DNA from: Chitinophaga pinensis | Lineage (GTDB): Bacteria; Bacteroidota; Bacteroidia; Chitinophagales; Chitinophagaceae | Direction: 5' to 3' | NCBI GenBank assembly: GCA_945872085.1 | Contig: CAMBYG010000001.1 | Location: forward strand, 34,297 to 98,296 | DNA length: 64,000 bases | Shown here: positions 51,147-60,284 of the stretch, in pieces | Numbering within the stretch: the stretch's first letter is position 1 | Layout of the letters: each line of letters starts with the position of its first letter | Program-made: the position numbers and the translations under genes | The notes under the pieces: model-generated | The model's input: only the letters and a program-made list of their open reading frames with translations | Database searches by the model: none | What the model was told of the DNA's origin: nothing

Positions 51147-51175
51147 AAAAGCCCCTTAACTGGGGCTTTTTTATT
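51147..51175 (+). terminator. Terminator after atpG
   Basis: AGCCCC ttaact GGGGCT followed by a T-run. Confidence 0.8.
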
Positions 51176-51246
51176 TCAAAAAACATGCCAATAAGGTACA
51201 TCAAAGAAAGATATTGATTAAATTTATTCCTTGAAAGAACAACCCT

Positions 51247-53112
51247 ATGAAAAAAATAATTCTTAGCCTTATTTTATGCGTCTTATGCAATGGTGCACTT
51301 CTAGCACAAGTACAATATAAAACTACAACCCTGCAATGTCCTTTATCAGGCACGGTACATATACAAAATTGTACCGATACTTTTTTGGCACAAGTACGAA
51401 ATTTGGACATTCACGAACCCGACGAAAGTGCAGAATACGAAGCTTTAATGCGTATAAAAACAGTACAACAAAAAAAATACCCTTATAAAACCAATGCCCA
51501 TAAAGCACTAAAAACAACAGCGCCTTTAGCTGCACCTACTGTTTCCTTGAGTTTTGTAGCCGATTCTAATTCCGGCACACCACCCGATAATTATTTGGCA
51601 GTTTCTAAAAATAATACGTGCGTATCGGTCATGAATAGTTTTATTTCTGTGCTCGATGGCAATACGGGTATCATGACTAAAAGAACAGGGCTCAAAACGA
51701 TGTCTTTACCTGTTGGCTTAAACAATTTCATGAACGATTATCGCTATGATCCGAAAATTATTTATGATCCGCTTGAAGATAAATTCATTTGCATAATGCT
51801 TAATGGCGTCAATGCAGCCAACTATATAGTTATTGGTTTTTCTCAAAGCAATGATCCTAAAGGCAATTGGAATTTTTATAAATTTTATGGCGACTACAAA
51901 GGCGATACTACTTGGTTTGACTACCCGGCTATTACCATTTCAAAAAATGAATTTTATTTCACCGGTAATAAATTAGGATTTAATACTTCGTGGCAAGCTG
52001 GGTTTAAAAACTCCGTAATTTATCAAATAAAAAAAGCTGATGGCTATGCCGGACAAACCCTGAATTATAAAATTTGGGATAGCATCTATTACCAAGGCAA
52101 ACCTATTAGAAACTTGCACCCCGTAAAAAACGGAAGTAGCATTAGCGCAGCAACACCCTACTTTTTATCCAACAGAAATTTTGCTACGCAAAACGATACA
52201 GTATTTTTAATTCGCCTTACCGACACCTTAAATAGTGCCAATGCGAGTATACAAATAAATCCACTAAAAAGTAATTTAGCTTATGGCGTTGCCGCAGATG
52301 GCCGACAAAAAGATACAGCATACTCTTTAGCTACCAATGATGCGCGTATACTGGGCGCATTTAAAGAAGGCGATGAAATTCAATTTGTAAATACGTCCAT
52401 CAATCCAAGCAATGGAGCTGCTAGTATTTATCATGGCACTATACAACAAGTGAGTAGCAACCCAAGCATTCAAGCTCAATTATTATCCATCGACAGTTTA
52501 GATATGGCTTATCCCAACATTTCTTATTTTGGGGTAAACAATGGTAATATTGTTTCGGTAATTAATTGCAATTATTCGGGGCCCAGAACCTTTGCTGGCA
52601 TGCATGCATTAATATCTAAATCTGGTCAATACTCCGATTGGACAAACATAAAAAAAGGCGATAGCAATATCGTTGTACTGTCTGCTAAACAACAACGTTG
52701 GGGCGATTATACCGGCTCGCAAATTGATTGGAATTTTCCTGGCAATGCCTGGGTAATTGGTATCTTTGGCAATGCGAAAAGAGGCTACGGAAATTATATG
52801 GCCCGTTTGTCTTCTCCCTACAATGTTGGCATTCCACCATTGGTAGCCAACAAAATTAATGCTATAAGCTATCCAAATCCATGTTATCAATTTACTGCTA
52901 TTGATTTTACTTTAGCAGCATCAGCGATATTGAATTTTGACATGTACAATTCCAACGGACAATTGGTAGGTCATTTGCTTACTCAGTTTTGTGAAGAAGG
53001 GCAAAATAGATTACAATTTAATATTGGTTACCTTAGCGCTGGTATTTATCATTTAATTGTAACAAACGCCAATGGTGTTCCTTTGATTAAAGAACCTATT
53101 TTAAAACAATAA
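51247..53112 (+). CDS. Secreted protein of unknown function with T9SS type A sorting domain
   Basis: Signal peptide [21 protein letters not shown]. No family is recognisable in ~520 aa. C-terminal YPNPCYQ...[11 protein letters not shown]...[15 protein letters not shown]... is CTD-like. Confidence 0.7.
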   Translation: MKKIILSLILCVLCNGALLAQVQYKTTTLQCPLSGTVHIQNCTDTFLAQVRNLDIHEPDESAEYEALMRIKTVQQKKYPYKTNAHKALKTTAPLAAPTVSLSFVADSNSGTPPDNYLAVSKNNTCVSVMNSFISVLDGNTGIMTKRTGLKTMSLPVGLNNFMNDYRYDPKIIYDPLEDKFICIMLNGVNAANYIVIGFSQSNDPKGNWNFYKFYGDYKGDTTWFDYPAITISKNEFYFTGNKLGFNTSWQAGFKNSVIYQIKKADGYAGQTLNYKIWDSIYYQGKPIRNLHPVKNGSSISAATPYFLSNRNFATQNDTVFLIRLTDTLNSANASIQINPLKSNLAYGVAADGRQKDTAYSLATNDARILGAFKEGDEIQFVNTSINPSNGAASIYHGTIQQVSSNPSIQAQLLSIDSLDMAYPNISYFGVNNGNIVSVINCNYSGPRTFAGMHALISKSGQYSDWTNIKKGDSNIVVLSAKQQRWGDYTGSQIDWNFPGNAWVIGIFGNAKRGYGNYMARLSSPYNVGIPPLVANKINAISYPNPCYQFTAIDFTLAASAILNFDMYNSNGQLVGHLLTQFCEEGQNRLQFNIGYLSAGIYHLIVTNANGVPLIKEPILKQ

Positions 53113-53128
53113 GCTGAGGAAGCCTTAC

Positions 53129-54370
53129 ATGCAAGAACTGCGCTTTAATATTAGTTTAGCTTTCAAAGCTATCATCACTAATCGACTTCGATCTATATTA
53201 ACCATTGTTATTATTGGCATCGGTATCATGTCGGTAGTGGGTATACTAACCGCTATTGAAGTGATTAAAGAAAGTATGTATTCCAACTTTAGTAGCATGG
53301 GCGCCAATTCCTTTCAAATCACTAGTGATGTACTGAAAACATCTCGTAAGAAAAGAGGTATGCAATTTCGCATTGATGAGGGCGCAAGTATTTCTTATAA
53401 AGAAGCTACACAATTTAAAAGAACCTTTAAGGCACCAGCTACGATAGGTATTACTACCATTGCCTCTGGCGCAGCTACCGTGAAGTTTGAAACTATAAAA
53501 ACCAATCCGAATATTAAAGTAATGGGCATAGACGAAGCCTACGTAAGTATATCTGCTACAACTTTAGCTGCAGGAAGAAATTTTAATGAAAATGAATTAG
53601 CAAGCAACACCCCTGTTTGTATTATTGGCAACGACATTGCTGAGAAGTTTTTTAAATCGAAAAAAAATAAAGCAATTGGCAAAGCTATTTGGGTAGGCAG
53701 GAAACAATATCATATTGTAGGCATTGCCGCACCAAAAGGCGGTAGCATGATTAGCAATGCAGACAATACTGTTTTCATTCCTTTAGCAACTGCAAGAAGT
53801 TTGTATGGCAATCTACGTTTTGTCATTCAAGTGATGGTACGAAAAGGCATCAATAAAAAATTGATAGCTGAAGAAGCAACGGGGCTATTCCGAAACATAA
53901 GAAAATTACCCATTGGCTCAGCAGATAATTTTAGTGTCAATCAAAATGATAATTTAGTAAATACGCTTTTAGATAGCATCAAGTATGTGCGATGGGCTGC
54001 TATTATTATTGGCATCATCACCTTGCTAGGTTCCGTTATTGGATTAATGAATATCATGTTAGTGTCGGTAGCAGAGCGTACGCGTGAAATTGGTTTAAGT
54101 AAAGCTATAGGTGCAAAAGCCAGCACTATCAAACAGCAATTTTTAACCGAATCTATTTTAATAAGCTTGCTAGGTGGAAGCCTAGGTGTAGTACTGGGTA
54201 TTAGTGTTGGCAATGCAATTGGCTTAGCTTTTCATGTTGGATTTATCATGCCATGGTTATGGATATTTGTTGGTTTAAGTTTATGTACCTTAGTGGGTAT
54301 TTTATCTGGTATTTACCCAGCACAAAAAGCATCTAAATTAGATCCTATAGTAGCCCTTCGATATGAGTAA
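53129..54370 (+). CDS. ABC transporter permease, MacB/FtsX type
   Basis: N-terminal TM, a large periplasmic MacB_PCD-like domain, and a C-terminal FtsX 3-TM bundle ([14 protein letters not shown]...[18 protein letters not shown]). Confidence 0.88.
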   Translation: MQELRFNISLAFKAIITNRLRSILTIVIIGIGIMSVVGILTAIEVIKESMYSNFSSMGANSFQITSDVLKTSRKKRGMQFRIDEGASISYKEATQFKRTFKAPATIGITTIASGAATVKFETIKTNPNIKVMGIDEAYVSISATTLAAGRNFNENELASNTPVCIIGNDIAEKFFKSKKNKAIGKAIWVGRKQYHIVGIAAPKGGSMISNADNTVFIPLATARSLYGNLRFVIQVMVRKGINKKLIAEEATGLFRNIRKLPIGSADNFSVNQNDNLVNTLLDSIKYVRWAAIIIGIITLLGSVIGLMNIMLVSVAERTREIGLSKAIGAKASTIKQQFLTESILISLLGGSLGVVLGISVGNAIGLAFHVGFIMPWLWIFVGLSLCTLVGILSGIYPAQKASKLDPIVALRYE

Positions 54371-55307
54371 TCAAAAAGCAAACCATCAACTTAAAGCACG
54401 GGTCTATAGATCTACCGGCAGCTGGTATATCATAAAAAATTTAACTGGTGAATTTTTACAAGCGCGCTTTAAAGGAAAGTTCAAAATAGATGCGGCTATC
54501 AAATCATCTAATCCAATAGCAGTTGGCGATTGGGTCATCTATGAAGAGCTCCCCGATGAAGAAGGTATTGTAACCATAACCGATATTGAAAAACGAAATA
54601 ATTATATTGTTCGCGTATCGCCTCAAAACAGACATCACAAACATATCATTAGCGCCAACTTAGATGCCGCAATTGTAATGGCTACCATCGACTCGCCAAA
54701 AACATCCATGGGCTTTGTAGATCGATTTTTAATTACGGCTGCAGCCTATCATATTCCGGCTATCATCATCATCAATAAAATAGATTTACTTAAAGACAAA
54801 CATCAACCTACTTTAGCCACTTGGATTAAAACCTATACCGATGCTGGCTACCCGGTAATTCCCATGCATGTAGAAGATGCCGAAAAAATAAAAGAATTGA
54901 ATGCGCTATTAGCCAACAAAACTACCTTGTTTTCTGGCCACTCTGGCGTTGGCAAAAGTACCTTGATCAATAAAATTCTACCCAACATTCAGCAACGCAC
55001 CAAAATAGTTTCAGATTGGTCGGGCAAAGGACAGCATACCACTACCTTTGCAGAGCTATTTGATTTGCCTATGGGCGGACAAATTATTGACACACCGGGC
55101 GTGAAAGAATTTGGATTGATTGCTATTGAAAAAAGTGAATTGGGTCATTATTATCCAGAGATAAAAAATTATATGAGTGCCTGCAAGTTTAACAATTGCA
55201 TACATATCAACGAACCACAATGTGCGGTGAAAAATGCGGTGCAAGAAGGACGCATAAATGTAGATCGTTACAAAAGCTATTTACAAATAATACAATCAAT
55301 TGATTAA
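54363..55307 (+). CDS. rsgA: Ribosome small-subunit-dependent GTPase A
   Basis: Circularly permuted GTPase motifs ([14 protein letters not shown]) and a zinc knuckle [16 protein letters not shown]. Confidence 0.93.
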   Translation: MSNQKANHQLKARVYRSTGSWYIIKNLTGEFLQARFKGKFKIDAAIKSSNPIAVGDWVIYEELPDEEGIVTITDIEKRNNYIVRVSPQNRHHKHIISANLDAAIVMATIDSPKTSMGFVDRFLITAAAYHIPAIIIINKIDLLKDKHQPTLATWIKTYTDAGYPVIPMHVEDAEKIKELNALLANKTTLFSGHSGVGKSTLINKILPNIQQRTKIVSDWSGKGQHTTTFAELFDLPMGGQIIDTPGVKEFGLIAIEKSELGHYYPEIKNYMSACKFNNCIHINEPQCAVKNAVQEGRINVDRYKSYLQIIQSID

Positions 55308-55319
55308 ACTATTTTCTTT

Positions 55320-55625
55320 ATGATAACCTACAACGTAACCGTAAAACTTAATCCGAATATAGAACATGCATGGAAACAATGGATGCTCGAAAAACATATG
55401 CCGGCGATATTGGCTACTAAATGTTTTGATGCTTATGCCTTACATAAATTAATAGATCATCCGGATGATGAAGGCGTTACTTATGTGGCACAATATTTTG
55501 CACCAGATTATAACCACTATAATAATTATATAGAAGTCCATGCTCCCGGCATGCGTGCAGAAGGTCTGGAATTATTTGGCGATCAATTTATCGCGTTTAG
55601 AACGGTAATGGAAAAACAAGCCTAA
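55320..55625 (+). CDS. DUF4286-like protein
   Basis: 101 aa. The MITYNVTVKL...W.QWM...H.P pattern is typical of that family (from memory). Confidence 0.6.
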   Translation: MITYNVTVKLNPNIEHAWKQWMLEKHMPAILATKCFDAYALHKLIDHPDDEGVTYVAQYFAPDYNHYNNYIEVHAPGMRAEGLELFGDQFIAFRTVMEKQA

Positions 55626-55641
55626 AGCCTTGCCAATAAAG

Positions 55642-55661
55642 GTTTTTAGTCGTTTTTAGTC
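55642..55661 (+). repeat. Tandem 10-bp duplication GTTTTTAGTC x2
   Basis: Read directly: gtttttagtc gtttttagtc. Located in the 238-bp intergenic region upstream of hup. Confidence 0.9.
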
Positions 55662-55800
55662 GACCTCTTTGGGGTCTAAATCATTCAAAATCAGTATTTA
55701 AAGCACTCTCCAAGCATATAGCACAAACCCAATATGTGAATAACTTGTGGAAAGCCCTATAAATAAAGGGTTTCAAAGAAAAAAAATTAACTTAAAAAAA

Positions 55801-55831
55801 TTTGGAACTGTGCTAAACCTAAGTATATTTG
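55801..55831 (+). promoter_or_regulatory. Candidate promoter for the HU gene (TTTG-N19-TATATTTG)
   Basis: Both Bacteroidota sigma-A consensus elements are present at consensus spacing. The ATG is 33 nt downstream. Confidence 0.55.
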
Positions 55832-55863
55832 TATTAAATCACTAACTCTTAAAAAAAACAATT

Positions 55864-56142
55864 ATGAACAAAGCAGAATTGATTGAAAAAATCGCGAAAG
55901 AAGCAACTTTAACTAAAGTACAAGCTGGTGCAGCTTTAGATGCTTTCACTGACTCAGTAATCGGCGCATTGAAAAAAGGCGACAAAGTTACTTTAGTTGG
56001 TTTTGGTACTTTCTCTGTAACTGAGCGTGCTGCACGTAATGGTCGTAACCCACAAACTGGTGCTACTATTAAAATTAAAGCTCGTAAAGCTCCTAAATTT
56101 AAAGCTGGTAAAGAATTCTCTACTAAAATTGCTAAAAAATAA
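55864..56142 (+). CDS. hup: HU-family DNA-binding protein
   Basis: [11 protein letters not shown]...[21 protein letters not shown]. Confidence 0.95.
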   Translation: MNKAELIEKIAKEATLTKVQAGAALDAFTDSVIGALKKGDKVTLVGFGTFSVTERAARNGRNPQTGATIKIKARKAPKFKAGKEFSTKIAKK

Positions 56143-56160
56143 GCTTCTTTTAGTTTAAGG

Positions 56161-56194
56161 AAAAAAAGCAAGAGTTTTCTCTTGCTTTTTTTTT
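56161..56194 (+). terminator. Terminator after hup
   Basis: AGCAAGAG tttt CTCTTGCT followed by T8. Confidence 0.85.
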
Positions 56195-56201
56195 ATATTT
56201 G
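56194..56201 (+). promoter_or_regulatory. -7 promoter box TATATTTG for the Thx gene
   Basis: Matches TAnnTTTG, 27 nt upstream of the ATG at 56229. Confidence 0.4.
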
Positions 56202-56228
56202 CAGTCTAACAATTAAAAATATTTAATC

Positions 56229-56342
56229 ATGGGAAGAGGTGATAATCGTACTAAACGCGGCAAAATTGCAAATGGTTCATTTGGCAAAGTTCGTATTGCA
56301 CGCAGAACAAAAAGATTAGGCGCTAAAGCGAAAAAAGCTTAA
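56229..56342 (+). CDS. 30S ribosomal protein Thx (bTHX), 37 aa; not in the ORF track
   Basis: Hand translation gives MGRGDNRTKRGKIANGSFGKVRIARRTKRLGAKAKKA*. This matches the MG+GD.R..RGK...GS.GK.R signature of Bacteroidota Thx. The gene has its own -7 box and terminator. Confidence 0.8.
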   Translation: MGRGDNRTKRGKIANGSFGKVRIARRTKRLGAKAKKA

Positions 56343-56356
56343 GATGTCTTTTAAAT

Positions 56357-56388
56357 AAAAAAGCCCTTGCATAGCAAGGGCTTTTTTA
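56357..56388. terminator. Bidirectional terminator between thx and pdxH
   Basis: AAGCCCTTGC ata GCAAGGGCTT flanked by A/T runs. Confidence 0.85.
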
Positions 56389-56393
56389 TTTAA

Positions 56394-57038
56394 TTAAGGA
56401 GCTACTCTATATCGGCTCCAGGATTCATTATCTTGTTTTTCAAAAACAATTCTATCGTGCATGCGACTACTTCTGCCATGCCAAAATTCTATTTTAATTG
56501 GTACGATTCTATACCCACCCCAATGAGCTGGACGCGGAACAGCATCTGTATACTGTTGTTCGAATTGCGCATAACGCTCCTCTAAAATTTCTCGCTTTTC
56601 AATTTTTTGACTTTGTGGAGATGCCCATGCGCCCAATTGACTAGCTTTTGGTCGAGAGGCAAAATAGGCATCGTTTTCAGCAGCTGTTAATGGTTCAGCA
56701 ACACCCATAATCCGTACTTGTCGCTCTAGCTCTTTCCAATGAAATACCAAAGAAGCTTTTGGATGCTTTAATAATTGCGCACCCTTTTCACTATTGTAAT
56801 TGGTAAAAAAAGTAAACCCACGCTCATCTAAGCCTTTCAGCAATACAATGCGCGCATCGGGAAAACCATCTTCTTGAAGGGTACTTAAGGTCATTGCATT
56901 GACATCGTCAATTGCTGCACGAACGGCATCTTCAAACCAGGTATGAAAAAACGAAAAAGGATCATCTCCCACCACCTCTTCTGACAAAGATGCTAAGATA
57001 TAATCCTTTCTAATATCCGCAATTGAAATTCGGGACAT
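56394..57038 (-). CDS. pdxH: Pyridoxamine 5'-phosphate oxidase
   Basis: 214 aa. VLLKG.D..GF.FFTNY.S.KG and a C-terminal ..W...RLAP-like ending (WSRYRVAP). Confidence 0.93.
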   Translation of the reverse strand: MSRISIADIRKDYILASLSEEVVGDDPFSFFHTWFEDAVRAAIDDVNAMTLSTLQEDGFPDARIVLLKGLDERGFTFFTNYNSEKGAQLLKHPKASLVFHWKELERQVRIMGVAEPLTAAENDAYFASRPKASQLGAWASPQSQKIEKREILEERYAQFEQQYTDAVPRPAHWGGYRIVPIKIEFWHGRSSRMHDRIVFEKQDNESWSRYRVAP

Positions 57039-57039
57039 C

Positions 57040-57165
57040 CTAATCTTTAGTAAAAAGATATTTAGCCATTACAAATATTAACTCAACCGTCATTGCAAGA
57101 ATGAAAACCCAAGTTAATAATGGACCAATTTTATTTCCGAAATCGTAAAAAGCGTTTAATAACAT
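57040..57165 (-). CDS. Possible small membrane peptide (41 aa) coupled to pdxH
   Basis: MLLNAFYDFGNKIGPLLTWVFILAMTVELIFVMAKYLFTKD has one TM helix. Its stop lies 1 nt before the pdxH ATG. The start is uncertain (the ORF track extends it to 57285). Confidence 0.3.
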   Translation of the reverse strand: MLLNAFYDFGNKIGPLLTWVFILAMTVELIFVMAKYLFTKD

Positions 57166-57306
57166 AGTAGTTAGTTTAGATAATAATAGGCTGCAATTTA
57201 CAAAACATGCTGTATATATTTTTAGAAATCGCTTCTTTTTTATTAAATTTATAAAAATTACTACGTTATTAAACTTCATAGACACATACCTTTTTTAAAA
57301 GCAGTT

Positions 57307-58476
57307 TTGCGCTATGCCCTAACCGCATTTGGTGGCCCACAAAGCCATATAGGCATGATGTTGAAAACTTTTGCCCAAGAGCGTAAAGATGTAACAGAAG
57401 AAGAATTGCTCGAATACAATTCGTTCTGCCAAATGCTTCCGGGCCCCTCATCTACACAAACCATTGCCTTAGTGGCCCTTAAAAGAGGTGGTATTGGTTT
57501 GGCGATCATTACCTTACTTATTTGGATTTTCCCTGCCGTATTTTTAATGGGCTTGGTTTCCTTTTTTGTATATAAATTTCAATTGCAAAATACGCACAGC
57601 AATTTATTTAAGTTCCTACAACCTATGACCGTAGGCTTTATTCTATATGCAGCGGTAAAATTTACAAAGAAAAGTGTGCATCATATGGCCACCTGGGCTA
57701 TTATGATTGGTAGCATTGTAGTGATGTTGCTATTTAAAAGCCCCTGGACCTTTCCGCTTTTATTAATCGCAGCTGGTTCGGTAAGTAATTTTAGTGACCG
57801 TAGGATACCTGAAAAAACAAAAAAACCAATGCCCATACCCTGGGTAAACTTATGGATTTTTGCTATCGTTTTTTTAGTGGCTGGTTTATTGTCCGAGCTA
57901 TCGCGCTTGCAAAATTGGAAACACCAAGATGTGTTTCACATTTTTGAAAACTTTTATCGTTTTGGGAGCTTTGTATTTGGTGGCGGACAAGTATTGTTGC
58001 CTTTAATGATTGTGCAGTTCGTCAACTTACCCCTACTCAGAAATGAATCACCCCTTATTAGTGCTAGCGCTATTACAACTGGGTATGGCATTGTGCAAGC
58101 GGTACCCGGGCCTGTATTTTCTGTATGCGCCTATGTAGGGGGTATGATTATGAGCGGATATGGTTGGGAATGGCAATTGATTGGAATTTTAGTTGCCACT
58201 ATCGCTATTTTTCTTCCTAGTTCCCTAATTCTTTTTTTCCTATTCCCCGTGTATCAACAGTTGAAACAACACGTTATCATATTTAGAGCTTTAGAAGGCA
58301 TTTCTGCTGCCATTGTTGGGGTAATATGGGCATCGGGCTTATTGGTAGTCAAAGACATGCAGCTCCATTGGCTCAATGTAGGCGTAATTTTAGCAACGTT
58401 TATTTTACTGCATAGCAATAAAATTCCCGCTCCTATTATAGTGATCGCTTGTCTACTAGGTGGATGGCTGTTTTAA
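57307..58476 (+). CDS. chrA: Chromate transporter family protein (two CHR domains)
   Basis: ALTAFGGPQSHIGMM and a second-half FGSFVFGGGQVLLPLM motif. 389 aa, polytopic. The annotated start is TTG, so the true start is uncertain. Confidence 0.85.
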   Translation: MRYALTAFGGPQSHIGMMLKTFAQERKDVTEEELLEYNSFCQMLPGPSSTQTIALVALKRGGIGLAIITLLIWIFPAVFLMGLVSFFVYKFQLQNTHSNLFKFLQPMTVGFILYAAVKFTKKSVHHMATWAIMIGSIVVMLLFKSPWTFPLLLIAAGSVSNFSDRRIPEKTKKPMPIPWVNLWIFAIVFLVAGLLSELSRLQNWKHQDVFHIFENFYRFGSFVFGGGQVLLPLMIVQFVNLPLLRNESPLISASAITTGYGIVQAVPGPVFSVCAYVGGMIMSGYGWEWQLIGILVATIAIFLPSSLILFFLFPVYQQLKQHVIIFRALEGISAAIVGVIWASGLLVVKDMQLHWLNVGVILATFILLHSNKIPAPIIVIACLLGGWLF

Positions 58477-59133
58477 TTATTCTTCGTTTTTAAGCAATTC
58501 AATATCCTTAATGAGTTGATTGACTTTCAAACTATCGGTACCACTATATTGGCCTCTCACTAAGCCTTTCTTATCGATCAATACAAAACGATCGGTATGT
58601 ATAAAATCATCTTCGATATCAACCACTGCGGTATCTTCAGCTGCTGTTACTAAATAACTATAACGCGCTGCGTCGTATAAAGCTTTTTTATCGCCAGTTA
58701 AGAAGATCCATTGTTTGGGGTCTGCCTCAAAACGAAGGCTATATTGTTTCATAGCATTCACCGTGTCTTTATAAGGATCTACTGTATGCGACAATATCAA
58801 AATACTAGCATCGCCTTTATAAGCTTGGTATACACGACTCATTTGCTCGTTCATTTTAGGGCAAATGCCCTTGCAAGTAGTGAAAAAATACTCTACTACT
58901 CTAATTTTACCTTCAACGTCTTTTTCTGTAATGGTTTGTCCCTCTTGGTTGGTAAAAGAAAACGGACGCGTATGATGCCCAGGATTTCCTAATATTGGCA
59001 AGGGATTGGATTTATGATGTATAGCATTATAAACATTCGTACCTGGCGTATTATACAAATAGTACGACATGAAAATTAAGGTAAATACAATAAAAAACAA
59101 CAATAGAATACGGGAAGCAGGTATCGATTTCAT
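58477..59133 (-). CDS. SCO1/SenC-family copper chaperone (thioredoxin fold)
   Basis: N-terminal TM anchor and the CKGICP motif. The ATG at 59133 is preferred. Confidence 0.85.
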   Translation of the reverse strand: MKSIPASRILLLFFIVFTLIFMSYYLYNTPGTNVYNAIHHKSNPLPILGNPGHHTRPFSFTNQEGQTITEKDVEGKIRVVEYFFTTCKGICPKMNEQMSRVYQAYKGDASILILSHTVDPYKDTVNAMKQYSLRFEADPKQWIFLTGDKKALYDAARYSYLVTAAEDTAVVDIEDDFIHTDRFVLIDKKGLVRGQYSGTDSLKVNQLIKDIELLKNEE

Positions 59134-59285
59134 AAGTACAAAAGTAGAAGTAATACTAGGTTTTAAAAAATGAGAATAATCATACGCAAAGCTGCAAAAT
59201 TTAGGCTTAAACAAAATGATAGTTTTGTAAAAATTGTATCTTTGCCTTGCAAAATTAATTAATTAACTCCAAAATAAAATTTCAA

Positions 59286-60215
59286 ATGAAAGTAACCGTA
59301 GTAGGTGCTGGTGCCGTAGGTGCTACTTGTGCCGACAATATTGCTCGTAAAGAGTTAGTAAAAGAACTCGTTTTAGTAGATATCAAAGAAGGTTTTGCTG
59401 AAGGTAAAGCGCTAGACATGATGCAAACTGCTGCCTTATTAGGTTTTGATACACAAATCACTGGCAGTACTAATGATTATAGCAAAACCGCTAATTCGGA
59501 TGTTTGCGTTATCACTTCTGGTATTCCAAGAAAACCAGGCATGACCCGTGAAGAGTTGATTGGTACGAATGCAAAAATTGTTGAAGAAGTAAGCAAAAAC
59601 TTATTAAAATATTCTCCAAACACGATCATCGTTGTTATCTCTAATCCAATGGATACGATGACCTATTTAACCTTGAAAGCTACAGGCTTACCAAAAAATA
59701 GAGTGATTGGTATGGGCGGTATTTTAGATAGCGCACGTTTCAAATGTTATTTACAACAAGCGTTGAACTGCTCTGCAAACGATTTGCATGGTGTGGTAGT
59801 GGGTGGCCATGGCGATACCACTATGATTCCTTTAACGCGTTTAGCTACATTAAACGGATTACCGGTATCTAATTTCTTAAGCGAAGAGCAATTACAAAAA
59901 ATTGCTGCTGACACCATGGTAGGTGGTGCTACACTTACCAAATTATTAGGCACTTCTGCTTGGTATGCACCAGGTGCTGCAGGAGCTGCATTAGTAGAAG
60001 CTATCTTACGCGACGAACGTAAAGTATTCCCTTGTTGCGTTTCTTTAGAAGGTGAATATGGTCAAAATGATATCTGCTTAGGCGTACCTGTAGTAATTGG
60101 TAAAAACGGATGGGAATCTATTATTGATTACAAATTGACAGATGCGGAACAAGCTGCATTCAACAAATCTGCAGATGCTGTAAGAAGCATGAACGAAGTA
60201 TTGAAAACATTATAA
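59286..60215 (+). CDS. mdh: Malate dehydrogenase (LDH-like type)
   Basis: MKVTVVGAGAVGA, GIPRKPGMTREEL and GGHGDT. Confidence 0.95.
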   Translation: MKVTVVGAGAVGATCADNIARKELVKELVLVDIKEGFAEGKALDMMQTAALLGFDTQITGSTNDYSKTANSDVCVITSGIPRKPGMTREELIGTNAKIVEEVSKNLLKYSPNTIIVVISNPMDTMTYLTLKATGLPKNRVIGMGGILDSARFKCYLQQALNCSANDLHGVVVGGHGDTTMIPLTRLATLNGLPVSNFLSEEQLQKIAADTMVGGATLTKLLGTSAWYAPGAAGAALVEAILRDERKVFPCCVSLEGEYGQNDICLGVPVVIGKNGWESIIDYKLTDAEQAAFNKSADAVRSMNEVLKTL

Positions 60216-60231
60216 GTTTTACTACTCAAAT

Positions 60232-60270
60232 AAAAAAATAAAGGAGGTCGAATGACCTCCTTTATTTTTT
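60232..60270. terminator. Bidirectional terminator between mdh and the beta-barrel operon
   Basis: AAGGAGGTC gaat GACCTCCTT flanked by A/T runs. Confidence 0.85.
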
Positions 60271-60284
60271 ATACTACACAAATA

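Noticed and set aside
55842-56171. 109-aa minus-strand ORF covering the HU gene.
   Set aside because: The HU reading frame is unmistakable, and the antisense ORF spans its promoter and terminator.
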